From Parasitella parasitica NRRL 2501 (lineage: Eukaryota; Fungi; Mucoromycota): DNA of 57,415 nt. Positions 25,895 to 38,254 of this stretch are shown here, one piece after another. The DNA lies in the NCBI GenBank assembly GCA_025201805.1, contig MU619323.1, positions 85,716 to 143,130 on the forward strand, in the 5' to 3' direction. The first letter of the stretch is position 1. Every line of letters begins with the position of its first letter. Under the pieces are notes generated by a model. It did no database searches and had not been told where the DNA came from. It was given only the letters and a program-made list of their open reading frames with translations. Made by a program: the position numbers and the translations under genes.

Positions 25895-26580
25895 CTATGC
25901 TCTGCTCAAGAGTAAAACAACCGGCTCTTGAGGTAATAAATAGACGATACCATAACTTGCACCAGCAGCAATAGCACCAATCAATAGCGTTTGGACTGCA
26001 CCCCACACAGCGCCATTAGGATTAACTAGTCGGCTCTTGATGTAACCAAAGACAAGCAATGTCAGAAAAGTAACTGCTACGGATATATAAAGAGCAAACA
26101 TAGAGTCTTCAAAGAAACAGTAAGGCAACAATGGAATCAACCCCCCGATAAAATAGGACAACCCAATAGTTAAAGCCGATATCTATTGATGATTGTAAGC
26201 CTTTTGTAAACTTTACCCGGATATCGCTCCACTACAATACCCAGCTTCTGCGAGGATCAGGCATCTCTAAATTCAACTCAAATTTCATCATAAAATCCAC
26301 AAACTTTTGAGGGTCTCTCTTTAGCCTTTCAATTAGTGGCTGGATTGTTTCTCTGTCAAGACCATAGGGCTCCAGAATGTCGACAATTTCATCTTCTTCA
26401 TCCTGCGGACATTCCTCAACCTCACGCTCTTCTCGCTGTCGCTCTGTGCGGTAATGATCGATCTCTGATCTAGCGGCCAAATAGCCACCCAGACCCATTG
26501 AAATCGCACCACTAATACAATCAGCGTTAAGCACATGACAAACCTTGGTGCATTTCGATAAAACTTTACCTTACAAGCTC

Positions 26581-26625
<45 letters not shown>

Positions 26626-26928
26626 ATTTAGTAAATTTGTTGTCAAATAATGAAAAAATTAAAAAAACATTACCTGCGGCACCACCATAAATGACAATTT
26701 TGGAGCTGCCAAGAGAAGAAAGACCAGCAGCCAATGCAAATGGCACCGTCAACCCATCTTCTGACCATTAGTACATGCTTGATCTCTGCCTCAACCCAGT
26801 TCCTCACCTGAAAGACCAATAATGGTATCTCTTACAATTTCAGCAGATTCAAAATGCTGCTCTAAATGTTGGTATGGAGCATATTCATGTGAATGACGCC
26901 TTCTAAGCTTATTAATGATATTTGACAT
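25895..26928 (-). CDS. CCC1: Vacuolar iron/manganese transporter VIT1/CCC1
   Basis: Spliced sequence EQHFESAEIVRDTIIGLSDGLTVPFALAAGLS...GGAAELVSGAISMGLGGYLA...FMMKFEL...SALTIGLSYFIGGLIPLLPY; includes a 10-nt microexon at 26570-26579. Confidence 0.95.
26585..26624. repeat. (GT/CA)n microsatellite in a VIT1 intron, adjacent to the microexon acceptor
   Basis: About 19 dinucleotide units visible. Confidence 0.95.
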
Positions 26929-27668
26929 TTCCTATATTAGGGTGGTGAGGAAAAAAAAAAAAAAAACAAAAGCAAAAAAAAAAAAAAAAAAAATTACTTG
27001 CACAAATTCTGCTTAAAGCCGACCGAAGTAGCGCGACATTAAGCCAATCGCAAAACACATCATATAAGCGTTTGACAGACTGCGGTATAATATCCGTCTC
27101 GTAACTACCGTACACGCATTATTTATATTGCGTAAAACTTCCTCATGATATGTTTGATCCAGTGTTCGAAATGTAACATTTCCTTCCTAAAGGCATATGG
27201 CATCGTGTCTTATTGTTCAATCTGGTTTTGGCACATGAACCCAGTGATGCAAGTTGGTTCGTATACATCCCAAGCCCTTGATCCTGCTTTCTCTGGAACC
27301 AAAAGAAAAACACATGAAAGCTAAATATAGTGATGTAATAATTACATGTACAGTATTTCTCAAATTGGCGATATCAATACTGTGATACCATCAAGGTATG
27401 ATATTCATTTGGGGTTTCATGCTATTCTATGACAGCGCTACCATTGCTTATGGTACTATAGATGTGTGAATGAACAATAGATAACTCCCGACAAAATACA
27501 CATCTACGGGTAGTAAGATGGAGTGGGCGCAATTGTATGTATATCCCTTTTGCACAAGAAACTCCTCATGATACCACCATAACAACAACGTTTTCAATGA
27601 CAGATTGTTGAAAAATGAGCGACATTTCTTTTTCCAATAGCTTATAATCTTTACCTTCAAGTCATTCT

Positions 27669-28558
27669 ATGTTTGCTGCATATCATCGGGTGCTTACCAG
27701 AAGGCCAATATTAACTCAAAGTCTATCGACAGGTATTACCTCTTTTGACGTACATTTCACCAATACTGAGAATCTCTCCCAGCTGTCTTATTCGGTGCAG
27801 GTATGTACGTGAGACGGAAAACAAGAACTTGCCCGGCATACATAGCGTTTTCTTTCCTTCTTTCTATTAGGCGATGTAATTGCACAGCAGTTTGTAGAGA
27901 AACAAGGCTGGAGTAAGCATGATTTCACGCGAACCTTTCGTATGACGGCCTTTGGTGGTGTTTTTGCTGGTCCCGCTTTAAGCAATTGGTATCGATTTAT
28001 TGACAAGAAAGTTACTACGAAAAGTGCTTTTAAAGGCATGCTTATGATACTATCCAGTTGGATGCATTGCTGATAAATCGTTGGTCCAATATGTATGTAT
28101 AGGTTTAGTTACAAAAGTAGCCCTAGATCAGTTTATATTTGCACCGTTCTTCATTGCAGGTAAGTTATTTTTTGGCTTGGATGAATACGTGGATTTACTC
28201 ATTCTCCTCGCTGCTCATGCTCATGCTACATGTAGCTTTCTTTACAGGTCAAGGCATATTTGAAGGCAAATCCCTGCAAGACATTAAAGAGAAACTGCAA
28301 AGCGGGTACACTACTGCACTCATTGGCAACTACAAGGTTTGTACTGACATGTGGAGTGAATCAATATTATAGCTATGCTTTTAATTTAATTATGCGTTTA
28401 TTTTTTATTTTTTATTTTTTATTTTTATATAGATTTGGCCTGCAGTTCAAGTTGTCAACTTTTACTTTACACCATTGAATTATCGATTAATGGTGACAAA
28501 CGTTGTCGCATTAGGGTGGAATGCATATCTTTCTACTGTCAACCAAAGATCACATTGA
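27669..28558 (+). CDS. SYM1: Mpv17/PMP22 family mitochondrial inner-membrane protein Sym1
   Basis: Spliced [34 protein letters not shown]...RTFRM...[11 protein letters not shown]...[37 protein letters not shown]. Confidence 0.93.
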
Positions 28559-28564
28559 TGCTGA

Positions 28565-31500
28565 TTATTTATTGGATGGCATTTCTGCAATGCCTGTGCC
28601 ATTGATTTCAGGTACGCCGATTTTGATCCCTTTGAATTTCACAATGCCTCTTGTTTTAACCTATACGCAATAGTACCGTAAATAAATACACCCAATAAAA
28701 TATTCGCAGAATGTGTGTGTGTGTGTGTGTGCACGCATACCTTTCCACCTAAAAGTCCCACCGCGAACCCGCTAGGTGCTGATAGTCCCTTCAAAGCCAA
28801 ATCAGCCGTACTTGTATCGACTAGACGCTTGAATCTGTCTTCACACATTGGACATGTATATTTAGCTTCCTCGTCATCAACCAAGGTTTGATATTTTTCA
28901 GGAGTCAGTTGCTGATCGCAACGTGTGTGAATCCAATGATCGCATGTATCGCAGGCCACCATTTCATTATCTTCATCGTCGTTTTCTTCTTCCTCCGAGT
29001 AAGTTTTAAGGCACACTGTACAGAACCGATCATCCTTAAAGTTGCCGTTGCACTTGGGACAGTAGGTAGCCAAATACACAGGGTATTTGTATCTGTCCGT
29101 TTTAGGGGCTATAGCGTGAGTGTATTGAGATTCCTCTTCCATGCCATGCTCCTCACAGCTGTGGCAGTTGGCGCACAATGGACAGAGCCATGATCCTTCA
29201 GGCACATTTTCGACCTTGGGGTTACAACTAAGACGCAGATCTGTGAATATCATATATATCATATATATCATATATATATATATATTTATATTTATATAAT
29301 GCACATGATGCAGACGCTGCTTACCATCCTGTATGCCATCCTCTATCACATCCATCGCAAATCATCAATGTTGATTCATCACCAGCACTCTTACACACAC
29401 AACAAATTTTACATTCGGGACAAGACCACGGGTAGGACTCAACTGCTGCCACTTGCAGAGGTGTTGTTAAATTTGCACAAATGGGATGGTATTTTCTCGT
29501 GCATTTTGAGCATTTGACAACAGTGAAATCGTCCGTGACATGTTCCTCTGGTGAATTGAATAGCGATTCTGCTGCTTTAAGCTGATGACAGTCTGTGCAT
29601 TTATTGTCTGAATATACCATTTGCTATGTATATGTTAAGAAAGCAGGTTAAGCAAACATGTATTTAACGAGTTGCTGTTCTTACCGGCGGAGGTCCTTTT
29701 GCAAAATCAGACATTTGTTTAGGGGGTTGATGGGCAGGGCATTTCTCTCCGGCTTTATTTACCGGGTTTCTACAGATTTGATTACTTGAGAGCACGGTTC
29801 TACACATGGGCGGCTCTGGAGCCAGTGCATTGATTGGCATTCTAGATGGTTGCTGTGGCTGTTGCATTACCTGAGGTACAGGCTGGGTTGATAGTTTCTG
29901 CTGCTGTGGGGGAGTATGCTGTGTATGTTGTTGTTGGATTTGCGGTTGTGGAGGTGGGGCAGGCGAGTAATTCTGCGGCGATCGACCCATGGGCGATTGT
30001 CTTGACAAATCAGCGTACTGATTTACTGATTGATATACAAGGCCAAGGTAAAACTGTTGAGCAGCTAATGACTGAGCTGTGTCTACCATATCAGTTGGAT
30101 CGGGAACCTTGGGTGTTGGGTAGTTGAACCGTGCTTGATGACTATAAATTCCGCTTAAATGAATACATCCATGCTAAACTTGCTATAGTAGTCAAACTTA
30201 CACTGGGAAATTAGCTTGGAATTGTCCTTCCATGATGGCTAGGGGGTAACTGTCGTCGTCCTCTTGACTCGGCTCTTTTACTTGGTGGTCATTTGTCAAA
30301 ATCTTCCTCAGCTGCTCCCTCTCTTCGACATTAGGAAATGCCTCTACAACGGCATCTATGTCATACTCTAATAAGGCTTTACCTACACCACGATAAAGAG
30401 GAGCACTCATTGTAGGCGTTGTCAGCGATTTGAATTCAACCAATGGCGTTGTCGAGTTGCTATTGTTGTCTTTGGTAAACTCGAATTTACAAGAGTTGGA
30501 TTGATACGAAGCTGACACTTGGTTGATGTTAGAATGGATGTCATAAAATGTCGGTTTGGCTGCCCGTCTTTCATGTAACTGAGCATTGAATCCTCTAGCT
30601 GCCAGTGCTGCGTGGTGCATCCAAGTTTGATTCGTAAGGGGCGCTTTGGATGAATATCCCTCTGATCTCGCCGTCTTTGCAATGAGTGATTTGCGAGAAC
30701 TATCGTACTCTTCCTCTTCTGGCACTGTGTGTTTCGACGGTGATTCCTCAGGGTGGTCATTTTCGTAGTAATCATCTCGAATACGTCTGCCGCGCTTTAC
30801 CATCTTTGACCCAAAGCACTTGAACACTGAACGTGCAGTAACCACAGCGACATCACGATGTTTGGACCATTGGTGCAGTAATCCCATCCCCTTCAGCGTG
30901 GCCTTCTCCTCATCGTTGATTCGCACACGTTTTAACGAAGGATGTTTGTGGAAGAAGAGGTAGCTATCACGATAGCCTAATAACTTGGTCGGCTCCATCG
31001 CCACAATTAGCAAAAGCTCGCCATGGCTGGGCAATGTGAATGTAGGCACTTTGTATTCACGACCTGTCAAACCGAAGGTTTAGTTAATTTGCTTGCATTC
31101 AAAAAAAAACAAAACAATTGTATATTTTACCTCCCAACAGATTGCCATGGCGATCCACCTTTTGTTCGCCAATTTCATCAGTATCTGAATCCACGTCCAT
31201 GTTGCTGCCGTCGCCTGTCTTTACGTCTTCAGCCTCTTTCTCCTCCTGATCGGTTTCCTGGTTCTCGTCTTCGTCCTCTGCTTTTCCTTCGACTGCTGCT
31301 TCTGGCGACGTACGATCAACAGATGCAGTACGGGAAGATTCGCGCTTTCGCTTCGCGTCGCTTTCTTTATTAACAAGCGGATGGTTTATACTAGGGCGTC
31401 CTCTTTTTCTAGACGAAGAGCGCTTTGATTCGGCGTCAGATGCACTGGCTGATTTCCTGGTGCTTTGAGCAATTCTGGAACTGGATTTTCTGGATGAAAG

Positions 31501-31653
31501 TGGTGGTGTGGGTGCAGCTGTGGCTGTAGCAGAGGCTGGAGGCCTACCCCTCCTTCGTTTGGTGGTTTCTATATCAAAAGTAAAAGAAAAAAAAATTTCA
31601 ATTCATCATGAACATACAATTAAACAGCTTTTAAATGTACCTTTTGGTGGCAT
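28565..31653 (-). CDS. SWI/SNF-family subunit: AT-hooks + Rsc7/Swp82 (CRC_subunit) domain + multiple PHD fingers (PHF10-like)
   Basis: Two RGRP AT-hooks. DEIGEQKVDRHGNLLGGREYK...LGYRDSYLFF...VTARSVFKCFG...GRRIRDDYY is the Rsc7/Swp82 domain. PHD motifs include WSCPECKICCVC...ICDGCDRGWH, WLCPLC and CTVC...CDTCDHWIH...YTCPMC. Confidence 0.88.
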
Positions 31654-33195
31654 GATTAGTGAAGAGTAAAAAGGATTCAGTCAACAAAAAAGAGCCCCAT
31701 CTGTCGCTAAATTTTTATAGGTAAAATCAAGGAATGTCGCCAAGTGGTGGTGTGCACAATCTTGATGGAGTCACAAAATCAAGTACTGGGATTGCATGTA
31801 ATGTTAATCCAGACGAACCAAAGTGTTCAGAAATAGACAGAAAAATAAATAATAGACACCGAGGATGGTAATAATTGCTTTAGACCTTAATCAATAAAGA
31901 CATTCTGCATCAAGTGCTTTTGCTAGTGAAAAAGACACACCAGCAGGACTCTCCCGCAATTCAAGACAACTTGTCAGTTATTATAACATAAATGGCCCCA
32001 AGCAATTACGGAACTGCTATGAATTCGAAATAAACATAAACGTCAAAATTTGAATCGACAGCAAAAGTGTTTAGGAAATTCTTTTGATATTCTGCTACAC
32101 AATGCTGTTTTATATGTGAAGAATAAAGTCGTGTTGTCCTAAGATTCTACAATGCAGCTTGTTAATTGTTCACATATTTTATTAATATTGATAGGATTCC
32201 AGAAGAGCTCTAATGAATGGATTGTAGCTTTAGTTCCCATTTTAAGTTTTAGCAGGGTGTCATATTTAACTATTATCAGCTTTTGTTTTTTATGCCAAAA
32301 TGCATCGTTCATTGAGGGCATTGAGTTCGGCAATTATTGAACGGGAAAGCTTTTTTTTTTTCATCCAAAGGTATTGATCACTATAAAATTGACAGCATTT
32401 GATACGATACGAGAGCAAGTAGAGGACTACTCTGCTTTCAATAATATAAAAATTGATTGTGCATGGCACATTTTATACTCGACAAATCAACCACGTATGA
32501 AGCATTGAAAAGCTTCTTTTTAAAAGCTGCATTGCATTCATAAATTTGAGATTTTAGGACGATATGTACGAGTCAGTTAATCTAAGCGGTAAAATTTACA
32601 ATGAATATATAAGCTTGTGCTTTCTTTTGAATACAACGATTCCAGCCAAGAGATCAGTGATTCCAAAAAATGGCGTTTGAAGTAAAAAGAGATTTTATTT
32701 TTACTTATTAGTTAATTTGGCACAAGACATCAGTTGATCTGGTAATAGAATTTGATTCCCTTACTACTATAGACCCATCTCATAAATTTATAGATAAGAT
32801 TCTACATGCTGTTAATATTTTTTAAAGCTGAGACTTTTCAAAAAAAAAAAAAAAAAAAAAAAAGCCAAGCAAGGAGATACGATTTAACCGAGATATTTTT
32901 TTCTTGGTTTTTACAACACATTATGTGTCATATAACTACAAGCCATATGAATATAGGCCATAAAAGATCAAATCTATGATACGTCTTGTGCTGGTGCACA
33001 CAGTAACGCCTGAATACGAGTTCGCTTCATAATTATTTGGAAACAATGAAGCATAAACGGATTTGGATCATGTTCCAGATCCGAGTCGCATTCAATGACA
33101 ATTTTGGTGTTGCTTTTTTTTTTTTTTTATGTATAAATATTCCTCTTTTGTTTTAATAGATCATCCTTTTTCAATCTTAATATATTTTTAAACAT

Positions 33196-34932
33196 ATGAG
33201 TGTACCGGCTACTGAAGAAACGTGTCCTACAACGCCAGGATTATCTTCGTTTGGAGGATTGTATGTAATATACGTAGCTGCTATATATGATATCTTCTTC
33301 TCTGATACTTGTCGATAAATAGTGACCCAGGATTCGATTGGGCTTCAGTCAAAGCAAATCCTACTGATAACTGGCATGTCATCGGTTGGGTGGTTTGTCT
33401 TTTATTACTAGCCATTACATGGATTGTTTCTATTATTACAGTTACAAAGCATCTAAAGAATTATTAGTAAGTTTGATTTTTTTTTGTGCATAAAGAAAAA
33501 TCGTGTTTTAATAAGTTTTCAACTACTCAAGTGAACCGCAAATTCAGAGGCACAAATTAAGAGTATTATTATTTCCACCAGTATATGCAACATTAGCCTG
33601 GTTCTCTTATTTAAGATATGATTATGCCACCACGATCATGTTCTTTGCGACAATGTTTGAATCATTTGCTGTTTTCAACCTCTACACATCACTGCAAGCA
33701 TACCTTGAACCGTTTAGAAAAGAGGCTGGTGCTTTAAAAGAAGAAAAAGATACCAAGGTTATGTTTGTGAAGAAGCTTCACTTGTGAGTATATTTGACAT
33801 TGACGCATTGAAATGATCACAATTCTTATAGTTTTTTTTTTTTTTTTTGCAGGAAATCTATGTGGGGTATGCACTATCGAACAATTACTGATATCCTTGT
33901 ATTTCAATATCCTGTGTGGTAAAGTATAGGTATTGTGTAATGTTAAACAGGGCTAATAAATGCTCCTTTTTTGTACAATTTAAATATAGGTCCCTTATCG
34001 ATTCATTCATGTCTATATTTGCCCAATTAAAAGGTCGTTATTGCGAAGGTGTCTACAGTTTCAAGGGCGCCTATGTTTATTTAACCATCATCAACTTCTT
34101 TTCGCTCTCAGTCATTCTTACTGCGTTATTCACTTATTTGGACGTTTATCATCGTGAATGGAAGAGAGGTAATGTGCCTGCTCATGGCATGTTTTGGTGT
34201 GTCAAAGGCCCCATTATGTTTATCTTTTATATTGGCGAGATGCTTTTAACTATTCTCACAACCGCGGGTGTCATTAAAGGCACAGATGGGACACATGGTA
34301 GCCTTGCATGGCCTGCAGATGCCGTCAAGAATGGTCTTTATGTGATTATCATCTGTGTAGTCATGTTTGTCGATTGCTTCATGATGCTTCGTTTCTTTGG
34401 TCCCAAGGACAACATTCAGAATGCTGTCAAGAATGGGCAATCAAACAAGATGGGATATTGGCATGCTTTCTATGACGGTTACATATCGTATATTCCTGAA
34501 TTTTTCTATTCGGTTGCATGCTGTGGAGCGGATTCATTCAAACTGATGAAAAAACGTAAAGCGCTCAAAAAGAGAAAGGAAATGGAAGCATTGAGCGGTA
34601 CAAATAACAGTATGGGCAACAACAGCAATCCCACAGAACATTTGCTCAATAATCAAACTTCTGAATACAAGATGGACCACATTGGTGCTTATCAACCTAC
34701 CTCACAAGCTGCCATATCTTCATATCACCCCAACAATTCAGATGATTCCACTAACAATTACCAAGCGCCAATGCAAATGCCCGATAACACTTCATATCAA
34801 TACCAGCATACTACTTTCTCGACATCGCTTCAACCTCAAGCAGTGCACCATCAGCAGCACTCTACTTTTACTGAACCTTACGATCAACAAAGCCCCCTTA
34901 GTCCTCAGCGACAAAATACACACTCACAGTAA
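33196..34932 (+). CDS. TMEM184/organic solute transporter-alpha family membrane protein
   Basis: Spliced ...WHVIGW...KHLKNY..PQIQRHKLRVLLFPPVYA...FESFAVF...ILVFQYP...YCEG...FWCVKG; multiple TM helices. Confidence 0.88.
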
Positions 34933-35267
34933 CCACTCTAGACTCTTGACACTTGATGTAATTTTTTTTAATAAAATATCTGCCTCCTCCATTATATATC
35001 AATTGTTAATGATCTACGTCTAGACATGAGTAAGCCCTGTCAACATTTTCCATCAGTTTACAATAAGGATTTGACCTTTTATTTTACTCCTAAAATCAAA
35101 CTGGAAAATGAAAGGAAAGCGAAAGGATACTCAAGTCTCTTCAAATCAAGAAAAAATATCCGCCAAAAGCAAAGACGTAGGCCAAATATATTTGACATAA
35201 TGGATCAAAACTTTACTGACTAAAGACATGCAAAGCAGTTAGATTTATTTAAAGTGTAGTTCAGATG

Positions 35268-35761
35268 ACTTCTAAACCCAGGTCTGTAAATTTGGAAAAG
35301 TTTATGCACTACATCAAGACAAGAGTTTCAAGTTCAAACCACTCTGTACGAATATTATGGAAATTTATTCGTAGCAAGAATCCGTGGTTTCCCCCCCCCC
35401 AGTCTGCAAACTACTTCACTGACGCCTCCTAAGAGGCACAGATGTATGCCAACTACTTGCAAATAATGCTGCAAAAAAAGCATCTTTCAGAAAGGTTAGA
35501 TGGCAGCGCAAAAGAAAGGTTATAGGATTAGCAAAAGATTATAAGTAAAGCACCATTTGCAAGCTTTTCTGACAAGTCCACAACTTTTCCCGTTTTGAAA
35601 AATGAAATTCTCTAGCAAGCTTATTCTCGAGCAGAACGATCAAAAACTGATCCGTGGTTTAAGAGTCAAATTTGGTCAAGATGCTATCCTTGTCTTTGTT
35701 AATTAGTCAGCTCTCAACGTCAAGTATCAAGAACCAACAAGAAATAAGGGATTGATACATA
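35268..35761 (+). pseudogene. Fanzor1 (eukaryotic TnpB-like RNA-guided nuclease) relic, 5' fragment
   Basis: Manual translation: SVNLEKFMHYIKTR..LYEYYGNLFVARIRGF...YANYLQIMLQKKHLSERL...PF*KMKFSSKLILEQNDQKLIRGLRVKFGQDAILVFVN*SALNVKYQEPTRNKGLIH. This matches, from my recall, the Mucorales Fanzor1 pattern KFG.DA.LV.GNWSA.N.KYQ.PTRNKG. Confidence 0.82.
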
Positions 35762-35953
35762 CAGTGCCTCCACCCCAAATTTTCGTAAACCTAAAAACAG
35801 AATTCGTTTTGATCTCCGCCTAATTTTCGCTTTTGTTCTTAGCTCAATTTTCGTTTTTGCACAAGCTCAATTTTCGCTGTTGCACTAGTCCAATTTTCGT
35901 AGTTGTGATTTCCAAAGTTCGTTTTTGTTAATTACCAAAATTCGCTTCAGGCT
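35762..35953 (+). repeat. Left TIR with eight AATTTTCG-like motifs at 21-24 bp spacing
   Basis: CG cores at 35784, 35805, 35828, 35852, 35875, 35898, 35920 and 35943. Confidence 0.9.
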
Positions 35954-36191
35954 GCATACAAATTTTCTATGCACAATCCTGATGACACTGTTTGCAAGAC
36001 TTACTATTAGTAATATATTAGTGTCGACAATTAGCCCCGTCTTCATACTGTACATAAAGAATTTTGTTTTTACAATACTCAGTACCGTGACACACGCATG
36101 ATGATCGCAGTCCAATAACGAGATAGGCCCAGTAAACCGAGAAAATACCAAGATTTTTCAACTCTGTTACTTCTTTCATTAAATAAGCAAA

Positions 36192-37511
36192 ATGAGCAAT
36201 AATTTCTTTTACGAAGATGGTCAGGGTAACATTGTGGATGAGCAGGGAAATGAAACTATGGATTTGGAGGAGGAAGTCGATCCTTTCAATCTTGGAACCT
36301 TAATGACAATAACCCAGCACCGATCTTACCAGGATCGCTTTCCTGCTGAACCCACAGAAGAGCTTGATGTTGAAATGGAGGAAGCAGCTGAAGAATTATC
36401 GAAAGAAGTAGCAGGCGGTAGAAAATATAATGTCTATTCCGACAAGCATAAGGCTGTTTTCTATTATTTTAATAGAGTCCAGCTGTGGAAGGCCGCTCCT
36501 TCTGCTCGTAAGGCTCAAGTTGAAATTCGCACAGGACAAATATGGGCAAAGCGACTCAAAGAAGACCCTCAGTGAAATATCTATGAAAAGCAGACCAATA
36601 AGGTCAACCGATTGGCCTCGCAACTTCAGGAAAATCACAAAAAACATCTTATTGACTTTTTTGATATATATCCCCAAGCAACAAGACAAGATGCAGTTGA
36701 AAGTTTAACAGAAGCATTCGAAAACTTCAATTTGAAAACTACTGCTGTTGGAAATTTTATTCTTTACGAGTGCAATCTGACTGTGAAGAGGGTCACCTTA
36801 CAACCTTTGGCAAGAAATAGCCTCGATAATCGTGAAAAGCGTTATAACTGGGTTAAGAAATGGGAAGGCACCGATATGAAGTATCTGCAAAATTGCGTTT
36901 TTGTGGATGAAGCCGGCTTTAGTATCAATATGAGGAGCCCCAATGCTCGTTCAATTCGTGGTACACCAGCAATTGTTGAAACGCCTACTTCTCGAGCTCT
37001 CTCACATACTATTCTGGGAGCCATATCAGCCAATGACGTTATAACAATTGAAATAAGGGAGCCTATGAGGCCCAAGAAAGTGAAGGTTGATGGTAGAAAG
37101 AAGAGAAAGAAGCCTGCAGCAAAGAATATGCCCAAGGGAACTGTTACTGGCCATTACATGAGGTTCGTTTCTAAAACATTGGATGAAATGGATAAATTTC
37201 CTGAAATGACCAATTTCTATATTGTAATGGATAATGCACCAATCCACACCTCGCACGAGATAACAAGGATGATAGAAGCTAAAGGCTATAGGGCAATATA
37301 TCTTCCTCCATACTCTCCAGAACTCAATCCAATTGAAAACTTTTGGTCAATCCTCAAAGGTACAGTTAAACGAGGTATATTTGCTGATACAGAAGACTTA
37401 AAAACTAGGATTGCCGAAGCAAGCAAAAGCATCAGCAGAAAAACTCTTCATAACATTACTCAGCACTCTGTTGACAGTTTTGAGATATGTCTCAAGAAAG
37501 AGCCGCTCTAA
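36192..37511 (+). pseudogene. Tc1-like DD34E transposase with a single premature TGA (36573-36575)
   Basis: Two ORFs lie in the same frame. Motifs FVDE, VMDNA-x-YLPPYSPELNPIE, with 34 residues between the second D and the E. Confidence 0.93.
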
Positions 37512-37539
37512 TAAACTTTTAGGCAGGATGCCTAAAATA

Positions 37540-37870
37540 CAGTGCTTCCGCTCTCAAATCGTACATTTTTTGAACTTGGTGGTACATTTCTCGAAAACAA
37601 AATGGAACGTTCAACCAATTAAATTCGAACTTGATTTGAACTTAATTTGGAACACTTCTCAAACTTCAATTGGAACACACTGTGAACTTAAGTCTGACAT
37701 TATTATTTACCTCTTTATTTTTTACTTTTCTAATTCATAATTAGCTTGTTTTTTTTTACGTGAAGATAGTTACGACAACTGGTTATTACCTTAATTTTTA
37801 TAAGAGACACATTGGACGTCTTGGACGAACAGATATCCTGAAATGAAAGGATTTTATCTTATCATGGATA
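37540..37870 (+). mobile_element. Internally deleted second Tc1-family element (left end plus transposase scraps)
   Basis: Starts TA|CAGTGCTTCC with repeated GAAC motifs, then frameshifted TTGYYLNF...DTLDVLDE...YPEMKGFYLIMD, interrupted at TA|CAGTAGTGGC. Confidence 0.7.
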
Positions 37871-38254
37871 CAGTAGTGGCTTTATGTTAGGGTATCCGAT
37901 TTAAGGATATTTTCTATCCCCAGCATTAGGTGCAGCCCACCCGAAAATTTAAGCAGTGTTTTTGGTTCTAAATTTGTCGAACACGAAGGGAAAAGAAATT
38001 TTTAATAGCTGGCCGAAATACTCCGTTTCGAAAAAAAAATGGCTGCATGCTCTCATCAATTATAACTGTCCAAACATGTCTCCTCCGTTCCTTTATAAAA
38101 AAGTCTGAATCGCTCATTTAATGATTTTTACGATTTGGGCAGCATGACTTTTATTTAATATAAATTGAAGATATTCATTACAAAGATAGCGACAATGATA
38201 AACACAACCACAATGATCTTTATTATTATGGTGAATAAGTTAAGTTTTTTGGTA

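Noticed and set aside
35762-35953. CRISPR-like repeat/spacer appearance
   Set aside because: Repeats are only ~8 bp, spacers ~14 bp, and the block is one arm of a TIR pair.
37517-37537. Hairpin TTTTAGGCA-GGA-TGCCTAAAA after the transposase stop
   Set aside because: It is a real palindrome, but a bacterial-type terminator is not meaningful here and no function can be supported.
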